A stretch of 64,000 nt of DNA. Origin: a virus. Lineage: Duplodnaviria; Heunggongvirae; Uroviricota; Caudoviricetes. The translations under genes were made by a program, and so were the position numbers. Where the stretch lies: IMG/VR virus record IMGVR_UViG_3300042549_004104, positions 1 to 64,000 of that record; one strand, 5' to 3'. Below, in pieces: positions 15,039-25,712 of this stretch; the first letter of the stretch is position 1; each line of letters starts with the position of its first letter. The notes beneath the pieces are model-generated. The model searched no databases. It was given only the letters and a program-made list of their open reading frames with translations, and had not been told where the DNA came from.

Positions 15039-15919
15039 TATTCTGCGATTGGGATACGCAACCCAATTCTATTACATACACCGTCTCTAGTAAAATACTC
15101 CCAGCCCTCACCACCTAGTGCTAGATGTACAGTCTTGCTTGGAGTGAGACCATAATGTGAACATATTTGTTCTTGCACAGACCTATAGATATTAGGAACA
15201 GTATCAGGATCATATTTTTGCATAATGTTCATAGCCATAGCTGTATGAAAATGTATGCCATGATGCCATTTAGTTAGTGTTTCAAACGTAGTCTTACGAT
15301 ACCCTCGTTTAGTGTAAGCTAATCCTGTGCGAAAATATCCAGTGTTCAATCCCTTCGTAGGACTGAATGCTACTGTATCAATGCAAGGTTCATCTAATGA
15401 TATAGTTAAATCATAACATGTACCAAAGAACGCACAATCAACAAACATTGGAATGCTAAGTTCATTACATATTTTAATTGTTTCGCACCATTTAGGATGT
15501 AGTTCACCTGTAGCACTGAATGGTGCGCTTATCAGTACAGCATCTCCTGTACATAGTTTTTCATCTTCAATAAAGATTAAATCTTCATTGACAATTTGAT
15601 TGATATAAGGATATTCACCTTTATAAATTCGTAGTCTTAGTTTTTCTTTTAAACAATACAAAAGAAAATCATCAATTGCTTGTGTTACACCTAAACTAAC
15701 ATGACGATATGGAAATGATTCTAAACCCAATAAATTATTCAATTTAGAACTTTTAATCCATTGTGTATAAACTTCAGGAAACTCATCCTGAACATCTACT
15801 TTTTTCTTCATACTAATAACATCAGTGACGATATTAGATTCTAATAGATGTAATCTAAATGGATCATGGATAATGCTATTAGCGGGCTTAATAAAATAAT
15901 TATCATATAAATGTTTCAT
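15011..15919 (-). CDS. PLP-dependent transferase-like protein
   Basis: GVTQAID, VDCAF (PLP Asp), AFSPTKG (Schiff-base Lys), RTG and terminal R. Confidence 0.7.
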   Translation of the reverse strand: MKHLYDNYFIKPANSIIHDPFRLHLLESNIVTDVISMKKKVDVQDEFPEVYTQWIKSSKLNNLLGLESFPYRHVSLGVTQAIDDFLLYCLKEKLRLRIYKGEYPYINQIVNEDLIFIEDEKLCTGDAVLISAPFSATGELHPKWCETIKICNELSIPMFVDCAFFGTCYDLTISLDEPCIDTVAFSPTKGLNTGYFRTGLAYTKRGYRKTTFETLTKWHHGIHFHTAMAMNIMQKYDPDTVPNIYRSVQEQICSHYGLTPSKTVHLALGGEGWEYFTRDGVCNRIGLRIPIAEYYAGKDLRK

Positions 15920-17055
15920 AATTCAATCACCGTCTCTGTCCATGCTTCGTCAAACATATATAGATACTGCTGTTCTGTATGAATATCATATGCAATAACA
16001 TGAATCTTTTGGTTATGTATGATAGGTCGACCAAACATTAAGTTAGGATAATGTTGTCGGTGTACTATATCTCCCGCAGTACTAACTGCAATTATAGGGC
16101 ATTGTGGTGTGCCACCGGGAAAGAAAACTGCTGTATTGTAATATGTAATACCGCTTCGATATCTATATTTGCCACCGTGGGTAATACCAATATCAAAACA
16201 TTTGCTTTCTTTAGTAACTACGTTGAACACAATACCCCAATTACTATCCTCACAATATTCATCACCGTAAGGCAACCCTATGATATGATTACCATTCAAT
16301 ACCATACAGTTATATTTCTTAGCAAAATCAGGAACATCTAATTTATGCAAATGAATCTGCTTTGTTTCAGTATCAAACTCTACCACTTCATTTAGTCCTG
16401 CTGTCTCACCAAAAGGCAATGAATAGAGAGTGTTGCCAACACTTACCAAATCAGTATATTTTCTAGTGATTATAGAGTTTACCGGGATTGAATAGTATTC
16501 AAAGTTTTCACCGTCAAAACTCATCAAGTCAGTGTAGCCAGGTTCATCTCCCCTAGGCATTGACCAAAATTTACTGTTACAGTAAACTGTACCCATGTGT
16601 GCTTTAGGAACAGTATGTTCAAACGGTATCAATCTAGGTATATTATCGTTGATATGCAATGCATATTGTGTTCCACTATATCCTAAAGGAAAACTAAATG
16701 CTTGTTTCCCGTCACTTGCACCGCTGTAAAATTGACCTTTGCCCATTGACTCAATTATATGGTTAATAGGAGTGTCATCGATTAATTGTAGTACACAATT
16801 AAACTCATCGTATATGCCATAGGGTATAAACCAACTTGATCCATCAACTTCAACAACAGAGTTAGTTTTGCTAACACACGGTGGAATATCTGTATCAATA
16901 TAACTCACTGTGCCGTCGTATTTCATAATCTTATTATACTCAGGGCATCTTTCCGTAGCAAACGGAGGGCTGATTAAATATCCATTGTGTTTGTACAACA
17001 ATAGATGCTTAATGTTCCCTTCACGGTACCAATCTTGAAACGCTTTATACTTCAT
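15916..17055 (-). CDS. beta-propeller (Kelch-like) repeat protein
   Basis: About 50-aa periodicity of xxP(Y/L/R/F/G)G motifs preceded by KY/QF. Confidence 0.6.
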   Translation of the reverse strand: MKYKAFQDWYREGNIKHLLLYKHNGYLISPPFATERCPEYNKIMKYDGTVSYIDTDIPPCVSKTNSVVEVDGSSWFIPYGIYDEFNCVLQLIDDTPINHIIESMGKGQFYSGASDGKQAFSFPLGYSGTQYALHINDNIPRLIPFEHTVPKAHMGTVYCNSKFWSMPRGDEPGYTDLMSFDGENFEYYSIPVNSIITRKYTDLVSVGNTLYSLPFGETAGLNEVVEFDTETKQIHLHKLDVPDFAKKYNCMVLNGNHIIGLPYGDEYCEDSNWGIVFNVVTKESKCFDIGITHGGKYRYRSGITYYNTAVFFPGGTPQCPIIAVSTAGDIVHRQHYPNLMFGRPIIHNQKIHVIAYDIHTEQQYLYMFDEAWTETVIEL

Positions 17056-18268
17056 TCAAATTCATAGTTTTAACTATTTGTTCTGTTACTGTATCAAATA
17101 CTAACATAGTATGGAAGTTATCTGACTCTCCATACGGGAATGCAAATATTTTATCATTAACTAATAAACATTGATTATACTTCTCAATTGTAGTATTGTC
17201 AATGAAATAGTGTGAAATATCTATAGTATAATGGTTATCCGTTTCAGTATCTATAACTAATACTTCAGCTAAGTCCCCAAATTTTTTCCATGATTCTTCG
17301 GGTTCGCATACACAACCACCTCTTGGTATATAATATATTTTACTATTATATTCTACGCCACTAAAATACTTTTTACTCTCTTTACCAATCTTTAAGTCAA
17401 TTGTATACCATATGTCAGTATTACTATCAATAACTAACATTTCACTCCAATTTTCTTCGTGCCCTGCAGGAGGAAAATATATCTTACCATTATTTGCTAC
17501 AGTGTGCCCATAATACTTACGACTGGTTTTTGTTAAATGTGTATGCTCAAAGGTCCAAGTCTTATCAAATTTAGCTAACAAATCAAAATTATTATTTTCG
17601 CTATAAGGAGGGGCATAGAGTTTATTATTATTTTTAGCCAGTGTTGTAAATTTCTTATTAGATATGTGCGGTTGATTATCTATGTCAGACCACAACTCAC
17701 TCCAATCTGTTAATGCGTAATCATAACTGTCACAATCAAACTCAATCATATATGAAAAATAAGGCTTTTTAAAATTCTCACCTCTAGGAACTCCGTATAT
17801 TTTATTTTCTAATAACTGCGTAGTATGCCATTTTTTTCTGTCGTTTATCGGGCATACTATATTTTTTAAGATGAATGTTTGGGTGATCGTATCTAATATT
17901 AAACAATAATCATATTCATCATCAGTTCCGTAGGGTAATGCAATAATTTTATCATTATAGACATGTGCAGTATTATATTTTCCTCGATGAGTTAGACCTA
18001 AATTAATGTATAACACTTCATCAGTATTGCAATCTACAATAAGTATTTTGCTTTCGTTGTAGGGTAGAAAATATAATTTATTTTTATGTAATATTCCCGT
18101 AGTGTATTTTTCAAAAGAAGTATCTACATCCAAATATATACGTGTTGTTTGATATGTATTGGGGTCAATCTTTAGCATATAGTTTATCGATTCGTTTAAG
18201 CCATATGGTGCTAAATAAACCATGTTATTTGAACCCAATGTACCGTAACTAAATGCCTGTGGCGTCAT
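17045..18268 (-). CDS. beta-propeller (Kelch-like) repeat protein
   Basis: Repeated KY...KIYxxP(Y/R/A)G...LVID units; paralog of the neighbour. Confidence 0.65.
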   Translation of the reverse strand: MTPQAFSYGTLGSNNMVYLAPYGLNESINYMLKIDPNTYQTTRIYLDVDTSFEKYTTGILHKNKLYFLPYNESKILIVDCNTDEVLYINLGLTHRGKYNTAHVYNDKIIALPYGTDDEYDYCLILDTITQTFILKNIVCPINDRKKWHTTQLLENKIYGVPRGENFKKPYFSYMIEFDCDSYDYALTDWSELWSDIDNQPHISNKKFTTLAKNNNKLYAPPYSENNNFDLLAKFDKTWTFEHTHLTKTSRKYYGHTVANNGKIYFPPAGHEENWSEMLVIDSNTDIWYTIDLKIGKESKKYFSGVEYNSKIYYIPRGGCVCEPEESWKKFGDLAEVLVIDTETDNHYTIDISHYFIDNTTIEKYNQCLLVNDKIFAFPYGESDNFHTMLVFDTVTEQIVKTMNLNEV

Positions 18269-18698
18269 AAAATTTATCTCCAAAACTTGAATGCAAGTCA
18301 TTGTGTAACTTAGTTATAACTTCTATTTCAGAATATACACCGATGTTATCCCAATCAATCAAATAAAAACTATTATCAGGTTTCATAATTATGTTAGATA
18401 CAACCCAGTCTCCGTGAACATAGGGTTTAGTTTTTAGTAATGAACCTAAGCAGAATTCATATACTTTATCGATCAATTCGTTACTGTGTTCTAATTTACT
18501 TACGGGAGTACCTTCAATCTCATTGTAACTAATCCAATTATCACTATAATCATTAATTAATTCAGGACAATATTCACGTAATAATTTAACATGATTAGAT
18601 ATCCAACTTGGTTGTATATCGTCCCAAATTTTTATATACTTGTTATTCTCTTTGTATACTTTTCTTCGTTTTTCTAAATTTTCTTTAATTAAAATCAT
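18249..18698 (-). CDS. small phosphotransferase/kinase-like protein
   Basis: VHGDWVVSNII...LIDWD catalytic and metal-binding motifs. Confidence 0.75.
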   Translation of the reverse strand: MILIKENLEKRRKVYKENNKYIKIWDDIQPSWISNHVKLLREYCPELINDYSDNWISYNEIEGTPVSKLEHSNELIDKVYEFCLGSLLKTKPYVHGDWVVSNIIMKPDNSFYLIDWDNIGVYSEIEVITKLHNDLHSSFGDKFYDATGI

Positions 18699-19725
18699 AA
18701 AATTCAACTAGCTCCGGAAGATAGTCACGTATGTCAACATTTCTGCTGTTGTCTAATGTTTTAGTAACATCAATGAAACGCTTAATTAGTTCGTTATCAC
18801 TGTGATTATCTTCTAAATATGTTTTGTGTTGCGGTAATGTGTATTTCTCTCGCATCTTGTCTGGCATGTTACGTATATCTAAATATTCAGGTGTCATTAA
18901 TATAGAATCATAATGAACGATATCATGCTTGTCACAATAATTCCACAAGTCTGATAAGTATGGATAATTGTAAATTTGAGTTGTTGGTGTTATTGTTACA
19001 TTAAAATTATAAGTCTTAGCTAACAATAAATTATCCTCTACTTGGTTCCATGAGCTTCCGTGACGTATATAATCATTGACCTTACCTAAACCATCTATTG
19101 AAAATGCTAACTGAACTCTATCAAATTCACTTAATAGTTTATAAAGTTTTGGATTATTAATTGTGCCGTTAGTATTGAACCTTAATTCTACGTTTCTGTT
19201 TAACTTGTTAATAAATTTATCTAGACCACGCACCATAAGTGGTTCACCACCAGTAAGATACACTTCCTTTAATGTAGGTGTACTAGCTAACTCAAGCGCA
19301 ATATCTTCGTTGTACCAATTGAATTCGTCTACTTCAATAATACCCCATGGACTTTTACTACCTAATTTTTGATGCTCAATCATAAGTGAGCTAGAACTCA
19401 TAGGTGAACACATTACGCATTGTAAATTACATTTGTTACTAAAACGTATATCTAAATGACTTAATCCAGGACCATATACTCTAGGTCTCTGTCTCATACT
19501 TTGTATTCCTGCTAATTCATTTGTCCTACAACGGATGCAACTATCTGGCAAAACACCATTTTCTATGGACTCTTTAGTTTTTTTATGTATGTCACTGTTT
19601 AACCATTCTTCTATAGTGTGTGTTTTAATATTGTATTCATGGCTTGGTTCAAGACTAGAACAACATAGCCTAAATTCTCCTGAAGTTCTAATACAAACTT
19701 GGTGGTCTAAGTACTTACAACGCAT
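18685..19725 (-). CDS. radical SAM protein with N-terminal twitch/SPASM-like domain
   Basis: C...LCC...CIRC then CNLQCVMC, TGGEP, NTNG. Confidence 0.9.
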   Translation of the reverse strand: MRCKYLDHQVCIRTSGEFRLCCSSLEPSHEYNIKTHTIEEWLNSDIHKKTKESIENGVLPDSCIRCRTNELAGIQSMRQRPRVYGPGLSHLDIRFSNKCNLQCVMCSPMSSSSLMIEHQKLGSKSPWGIIEVDEFNWYNEDIALELASTPTLKEVYLTGGEPLMVRGLDKFINKLNRNVELRFNTNGTINNPKLYKLLSEFDRVQLAFSIDGLGKVNDYIRHGSSWNQVEDNLLLAKTYNFNVTITPTTQIYNYPYLSDLWNYCDKHDIVHYDSILMTPEYLDIRNMPDKMREKYTLPQHKTYLEDNHSDNELIKRFIDVTKTLDNSRNVDIRDYLPELVEFYDFN

Positions 19726-19729
19726 GATA

Positions 19730-19762
19730 TATTTATAGGGACTAATTCATTGCCAATAAATA
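19730..19762. promoter_or_regulatory. divergent late-promoter-like pair
   Basis: TATAAATA on minus (19730-19737) and TAAATA on plus (19757-19762), each 4-5 nt before an ATG. Confidence 0.6.
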
Positions 19763-19767
19763 TATAG

Positions 19768-20490
19768 ATGAATCAATACCCTCATGAATTAACAAATTTC
19801 ATAACTGAAAATAAAAAGAACCAATTCACACATAAATATCCAGACTTCTTTGACCCAAAATGGTTAATAACAGAAAGTCAATGGCCCTATTTTAAACTAA
19901 GTGCTTTAGATAACCAACCATGGAAACAAATGCACAGTGAATCAGAAAAACTCATTGACAAATTTCATGTGCATCGTGATGACTATGGTATGGGCTGGAA
20001 AAGTTTAACTATACACGGACTTAATGAGGATACACAAAGTTTAAACACTTACGGTGAAGATAGAAATGAAACATTAGAAAAATTAGATTGGACATGGGTA
20101 GCTGATGAAGTACCCACTATTAAAAAATTCTTAACTGATGTATGGCCTGCTGAGTATTTAAATCGTGTTAGACTAATGTTATTAGAACCAGGTGGTTACA
20201 TACTACCGCACCAAGATAGACCTAGTGACCAAAAAAGATTAAGTGTTTGTAATATCAGTTTAAACAATCCTGAAGGTTGTGAATTTATATTTGAAAATCA
20301 CGGTGTAGTTCCATTTGAAGATGAGGGCGGAGCTTTTCTAATGGATATATCAAACAAACACAGTGTATATAATAATAGTGACAAACCAAGAATTCATATG
20401 ATAATTCATTATGAAATGGGTCATAGGATACGTGATTTCTTTTATGTATTACGTAGTAGCTATTATACAAATAGGAAAAATGATGCGTGA
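19768..20490 (+). CDS. Asp/Asn beta-hydroxylase-type oxygenase
   Basis: RVRLMLLEPGGYILPHQD...HSVYNNSDKPRIHMIIH. Confidence 0.85.
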   Translation: MNQYPHELTNFITENKKNQFTHKYPDFFDPKWLITESQWPYFKLSALDNQPWKQMHSESEKLIDKFHVHRDDYGMGWKSLTIHGLNEDTQSLNTYGEDRNETLEKLDWTWVADEVPTIKKFLTDVWPAEYLNRVRLMLLEPGGYILPHQDRPSDQKRLSVCNISLNNPEGCEFIFENHGVVPFEDEGGAFLMDISNKHSVYNNSDKPRIHMIIHYEMGHRIRDFFYVLRSSYYTNRKNDA

Positions 20491-21964
20491 TTGGAATAGC
20501 ATAACTTATGACAGATACTTAGATGACCAAACAATACACAAAAATGTTGGTCACGGAATGCTAGATATTTCACGTGATATACCTAGTGATTTTATACGAA
20601 AGCATAGCCATGACATGACATTCTGGATGATTAACCAATGTTTAAAAATGGGTTATGGAAAGTATCGCGGATATAGTGAGAGTGTTAAAGAAATCTTAAC
20701 TAACAGTTTAGATAACGGTGACCATATATGTATTATTCAAGCACAAGGTATGATGAGTTTGCGCCTTGCACATATTGTAGGGTTATCTATTAAATATTTT
20801 GAAAACAATCCTGATAAATTTGTTATAGGTCATGTCATAGCACGTAAGGACCGTTATCCTGGATTACATCGTCAATTACTTATAGTTAATTTAAAAACTT
20901 GGGACGAGTTAGGAAGACCTGAATATTTAGAAAACGGATTCTTTTGGGATCGTAAACCATGCTATCAAAATTACAAAGTATCTGAAAATAAAATAACAGC
21001 AGAATATACACCAGAACATATTGTTTCTAAAGAAGGTGTCGTTTATCCATCTTACACAGAAGATGGTGCTAATTGGATTGATTTAGCACTAAGAAACAAT
21101 ATACAAATTGATAATCTTGATATAGAAATGCGTGAGTGTAAATGTTTCTTATATCCATATGAAGATACAGAACAATTAGAAAAAGTATGGAACAATTTAC
21201 AAGATGAATCAGAAGTAGATAAACTAATCAATTATTCAACTAGAGCTTGGATGAGAAAACTTGCGTATCAAGAAATGATTGAAAAAGACCGTGTGTATGC
21301 ATTCAATACAGAAAGACTAAGTGCTGAAGGAATACGTTCTACTGGGCCAATAGATAATTTGTTTTGTGCGGCTGCAGGTTTTAAACCATTAGCATTATTA
21401 CGTAATAATCAATTCCATGAGAATACAACTGTTCATTATTTTGATTGGTGCGAATCAAGTGTTAATTTTAAAAAACACTTATTAGAATCATGGGATGGTC
21501 TTGATTTTGATAAATGGTTGATTGAACACGACTTGAAGTATAATTTCAGTAGTGCATACCGAGGTAACTATTCTGAATTTTGGGAACTAGAAATTACAAA
21601 AGAGTTTGAAGGTAAAGAAGCATTTAAACAATTATGGGACCGTTATAAACTATTGAAACATGAATTTCATGTTATAGACATTGTTAACGAACCAGAAAAA
21701 TTATTTGATATAATTAACAAATCATCAGGGATAAATGTATTGTGGACTACAAATATTTGGGCAAGTTTGCAATTACATTGGAATATTGAACCTGAAGTAT
21801 TAGAAGAAAAATATTTAAAGTTTGAAAGTTTGATTAAAGATGATTTAGTATTGTATGGGCAAGACTATATGGCTAGAGATTTGCAAAATCGTGTAAGATA
21901 TAAAATTGCCACCACACACCCTAGATATTCTAGCAGAAATAAATATATCAATATGGGAATCTAA
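20483..21964 (+). CDS. hypothetical protein
   Basis: Long ORF with AGGA RBS before 20483; no motif recognised with confidence. Confidence 0.75.
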   Translation: MRDWNSITYDRYLDDQTIHKNVGHGMLDISRDIPSDFIRKHSHDMTFWMINQCLKMGYGKYRGYSESVKEILTNSLDNGDHICIIQAQGMMSLRLAHIVGLSIKYFENNPDKFVIGHVIARKDRYPGLHRQLLIVNLKTWDELGRPEYLENGFFWDRKPCYQNYKVSENKITAEYTPEHIVSKEGVVYPSYTEDGANWIDLALRNNIQIDNLDIEMRECKCFLYPYEDTEQLEKVWNNLQDESEVDKLINYSTRAWMRKLAYQEMIEKDRVYAFNTERLSAEGIRSTGPIDNLFCAAAGFKPLALLRNNQFHENTTVHYFDWCESSVNFKKHLLESWDGLDFDKWLIEHDLKYNFSSAYRGNYSEFWELEITKEFEGKEAFKQLWDRYKLLKHEFHVIDIVNEPEKLFDIINKSSGINVLWTTNIWASLQLHWNIEPEVLEEKYLKFESLIKDDLVLYGQDYMARDLQNRVRYKIATTHPRYSSRNKYINMGI

Positions 21965-22675
21965 ATGAATAAAATTATTAAAAACTACGACCCTGATTTA
22001 ATTACTAATCACTTATTATACGATACAAATGATTGGGATTTAATTGAGTTAAATTATACACTAGATGAAGAAAAACTTACTAATTGGTATAAACAATTAT
22101 GTGAAGATTTTCAACACATGCGATTTGCGTTTAACAAATTTCCTGAAAAACTTGAACTGTCAATAAGCAAAAGAATGGTTGAAGAAGGCTACTGTGGTTA
22201 TTATTGTGGCCCAATAGACGGGATAACATTAGCGTGGCCTAAAGAAAGATATGAGCCTTTACCTCCACCAGTACAAGCGAATTTAGATATATTTCCGGAA
22301 GTAAACTATGAAACTTTTATTGATGATGCTAAGATAATGACTAAGTTTCGTGCAGGATATTTAAATGATATGATAGATGTATTAGGGGAAGATAGCTTTC
22401 GCCAAACTATTATTACTACTCATCATCCCAATATGTATATTCGTCAACATATAGATAGCAAAGTATTAAAGTTACATATACCAGTAGAAACCCATGAAAA
22501 TGCTTTGTTTCATTTTGGTGAGAACAAAGAAAGAAACTATCATATGAAACTGGGACATATTTATATATTAAATACAGGACATTGGCACGGTACTACCAAT
22601 GAAGGCGATCAAAAACGTAGTCACATAATTACTAGAATATTACCAGAACAAATTCAAAAAATAATTAGATTATGA
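21965..22675 (+). CDS. Asp/Asn beta-hydroxylase-type oxygenase
   Basis: QHID...LHIP...HGTTN...RSHI. Confidence 0.8.
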   Translation: MNKIIKNYDPDLITNHLLYDTNDWDLIELNYTLDEEKLTNWYKQLCEDFQHMRFAFNKFPEKLELSISKRMVEEGYCGYYCGPIDGITLAWPKERYEPLPPPVQANLDIFPEVNYETFIDDAKIMTKFRAGYLNDMIDVLGEDSFRQTIITTHHPNMYIRQHIDSKVLKLHIPVETHENALFHFGENKERNYHMKLGHIYILNTGHWHGTTNEGDQKRSHIITRILPEQIQKIIRL

Positions 22676-23418
22676 GATTAATAGAAAATTATAATACAGA
22701 TGCCATTACCAAAGATTTTATATTAACCAATGAATGGGACGTAATCAAACTGAACAAAAAGATAGATGTTAAGAAATTGAGAGAATGGTATTTCTCTGTA
22801 TCAAAAAATTTAGAACATCTAAAATTTAATTTTAGAACTTGTACCAAATATATCAAAGAATCAGTAAACAATAAATTTACTACAGATACAAACAACTACC
22901 AATGGATTCTAAAAAATGAATATATGTTACTTCAAAATTCATATAGTCTAACCTGGTTTAACAAACAAGATGTTCCTTTACCTCCGGCATGGGCAGCAAA
23001 CTTAGATTATTTTCCAGAACTTAGAATATATTATAATGATGCGGGAGACTTAATCAAAGATTTTAATTATTTAAATAATATTTACTTAAACCAATATATG
23101 TTCGGGGAGTGGGAAAATATAACTAAGTGGCTAACGCCGTATATATTCAATCCTAGAATAACAGAACATTTAACCGGACATGTTATTCCCTTACACACAG
23201 ATGGATATATGGCTAGACTTCACATACCCATGACAATTGATAATAGTAAATTTTACTGGGGTGAAAATTATGATAGAGAATATAAATTTGAGCCAGGTTC
23301 AATATATTTAATTAATACTAAAATCATACACGGTACAACAAACTTTGGGCCAACTACTAGAGCTAATATTATTGCAGATATACATGAAGATAAGATATTT
23401 GACATTTTAAAATTATGA
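22672..23418 (+). CDS. Asp/Asn beta-hydroxylase-type oxygenase
   Basis: LHTD...RLHIP...HGTTN...R. Confidence 0.8.
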   Translation: MRLIENYNTDAITKDFILTNEWDVIKLNKKIDVKKLREWYFSVSKNLEHLKFNFRTCTKYIKESVNNKFTTDTNNYQWILKNEYMLLQNSYSLTWFNKQDVPLPPAWAANLDYFPELRIYYNDAGDLIKDFNYLNNIYLNQYMFGEWENITKWLTPYIFNPRITEHLTGHVIPLHTDGYMARLHIPMTIDNSKFYWGENYDREYKFEPGSIYLINTKIIHGTTNFGPTTRANIIADIHEDKIFDILKL

Positions 23419-24095
23419 AAATGAAACGTTATATAGAAGCCCACAATCCATTAGATTTAGGTTTTAAGGTTGTAAAACTTTTCTCAGTAGATATTGATAA
23501 ATTACTTACTTGGTATTATGATTTAGAAAAAAATTATAAAGATTGGAAATTTATTATAGGAGAAAATCATCATATATGGCAATTTCCTATTAGCGACCCA
23601 ACCGGTGTAACAGGACATATACTACCAGATTCAACTGCATATTATACATTGTGTTGGAACAACAGTGATGTTGGTCCCAAGCCATTTGAACATGGTTGTG
23701 CAAAACCGGAATATCAGGATAATGACAATGACAAGTTGAACCCTAGAAAATGTTTTGATGGGTATGCGTTAGAGTTAATAAAAAATCTACCGGTGCGTAG
23801 TAAAAAATGGTTAGTGACAGAACATGCCCCTGGTACAAAATTAATTACTCATCAAGACTCACCTGACAAAATTAGAATACATATTCCTATTATTACAAAT
23901 GATAACAGCACGTGGATCATCGATGGTGAAGAAATACATATGGAGCCTGGATATGCTTATTTGGTAAATACAACTTTGCCTCATAGTGTTGAGAATAAAG
24001 GAAATAGTTACCGAATTCATCTATACGGTAAAATATGGACAGAAGATGTGGAAAAATTAAATGAACATTATAAGATTATCACAAGAAAAGTTTAA
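23415..24095 (+). CDS. Asp/Asn beta-hydroxylase-type oxygenase
   Basis: THQD...RIHIP...HSVEN...RIH. Confidence 0.85.
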   Translation: MKMKRYIEAHNPLDLGFKVVKLFSVDIDKLLTWYYDLEKNYKDWKFIIGENHHIWQFPISDPTGVTGHILPDSTAYYTLCWNNSDVGPKPFEHGCAKPEYQDNDNDKLNPRKCFDGYALELIKNLPVRSKKWLVTEHAPGTKLITHQDSPDKIRIHIPIITNDNSTWIIDGEEIHMEPGYAYLVNTTLPHSVENKGNSYRIHLYGKIWTEDVEKLNEHYKIITRKV

Positions 24096-24504
24096 AACTT
24101 TAATGACTGAAATGAATATCAATGACGATAACGTTGATAGTTATCCGTATTCGTTTATTTGTATAAATTCCTCAGGGTCAATACATTCTATTCCTTATTT
24201 CAAAGAGAATCACAAAAATGTAATTAATCTTTATTTTGATGATGTAGAACATACAGGTCCTAAAACAATACCATATTATAATAATACTACCATTACTATA
24301 AATGCTATTGCAATGAATAACCAACAAGCAGAAACGTTAGTTGAATTTATTGATAACATTGATGTTAATTCTACGGTTTATTTGTATTGTGTGAAGGGTA
24401 GTTCAAGGTCGGGTGCGATAGAAGATTATATGAATAAATTACCTGTACCATCAGACCACTCAAACAAACATGTTTTTAGTATGTTAAGGGAGGTTAAATG
24501 TTAA
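24061..24504 (+). CDS. protein tyrosine/dual-specificity phosphatase-like protein
   Basis: LYFDD acid loop and CVKGSSRS (CX5R). Confidence 0.75.
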   Translation: MNIIRLSQEKFKTLMTEMNINDDNVDSYPYSFICINSSGSIHSIPYFKENHKNVINLYFDDVEHTGPKTIPYYNNTTITINAIAMNNQQAETLVEFIDNIDVNSTVYLYCVKGSSRSGAIEDYMNKLPVPSDHSNKHVFSMLREVKC

Positions 24505-25712
24505 ATTTTGACATTAAAGAATTGCCAAACGTACACGTGTCACAAAAACATTTACTAGAATACTATAATCAAATCGTAAATAATTTTCAACAGTTAAAAT
24601 GGACACCTAATAACATTGACACAAAAGATCATTTAGTTGATAGGATCTATAGTTGGGCCATACAAAGTAACTTAAAAAACCCAAACTTACCTTGTCCGCC
24701 TTACGATATTAAACATGACGAGGAAGTAACCGGGTTTTTTGACACAATAACCGATTTATATTTTGGAATGGGTAAGTTAATCATTGACTCATTTCCTAGT
24801 GTAAGACAAACTGTTATTAGCGCACATCCTCCTGGAACTGTAATTCAACAGCATATAGACAATGATGAATTTGTAAAAATACATATACCTATAATAACAA
24901 ATGATAATAGTTATTTTGTATTTGGTAATAAAAAATATTGTTTAGAAGTAGGTAAAGCATATTTAATTAACACAACGATTGAACATGGCACTGAGAATTT
25001 TGGAGACAATGATCGTGTACATCTTATTTTTAAAATTAAAAAAGAAGACGTTGACCAAATTTTAAATAATGACTATATTTTAGATCCAACAAAAATTGAT
25101 TTTGATATTTTTGAATTACCAAAGTTCAAGTTTAATTTAACCGAATTGACAGATTATTATAAAATAGTCAAAAACAATTATGAATATTTAAAATGGGGAG
25201 CGCCAAAAAAAGATTTGTCAAAAGATCCAAAATCATATCCTCCGGGATATGATGATAGTGTGGGTATTTATGGATACGCAGTACAAACTAATTTAAAAAA
25301 TATTGATATACCATCTCCGGTGTTCAATGACAAAACTATCCCCCCGGATGCTAAATTACCATATGCCACGAACAAAACTAAACTATATTTCGGGTTTGCA
25401 GAAAAATTAATAGAAAAACTACCTTTTATAGAAGAACTTGTAATAACTGCTCATCCTCCAAACAGCAAAATACATTTGCACACAGACAATTATATAAATA
25501 TTAGAATACATATTCCTATTGAAGTTAACCAAGAAAGTTATTTCGTATTTGAACAAAATAAATATGTATTAGAGATAGGCAAAGCATATCTAGTTAATAC
25601 TAATAGATTGCACGGTACGGATAATCAAGGTGATTCTGATAGAATTCATCTGTTATTCAAAATTCCAATTGGAAGAATTAAAGAACTAATTAACAACGAG
25701 ATACAATTATGA
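24498..25712 (+). CDS. two-domain Asp/Asn beta-hydroxylase-type oxygenase
   Basis: Two repeats, each HxD...IHIP...HGT.N...DR.HL. Confidence 0.85.
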   Translation: MLNFDIKELPNVHVSQKHLLEYYNQIVNNFQQLKWTPNNIDTKDHLVDRIYSWAIQSNLKNPNLPCPPYDIKHDEEVTGFFDTITDLYFGMGKLIIDSFPSVRQTVISAHPPGTVIQQHIDNDEFVKIHIPIITNDNSYFVFGNKKYCLEVGKAYLINTTIEHGTENFGDNDRVHLIFKIKKEDVDQILNNDYILDPTKIDFDIFELPKFKFNLTELTDYYKIVKNNYEYLKWGAPKKDLSKDPKSYPPGYDDSVGIYGYAVQTNLKNIDIPSPVFNDKTIPPDAKLPYATNKTKLYFGFAEKLIEKLPFIEELVITAHPPNSKIHLHTDNYINIRIHIPIEVNQESYFVFEQNKYVLEIGKAYLVNTNRLHGTDNQGDSDRIHLLFKIPIGRIKELINNEIQL

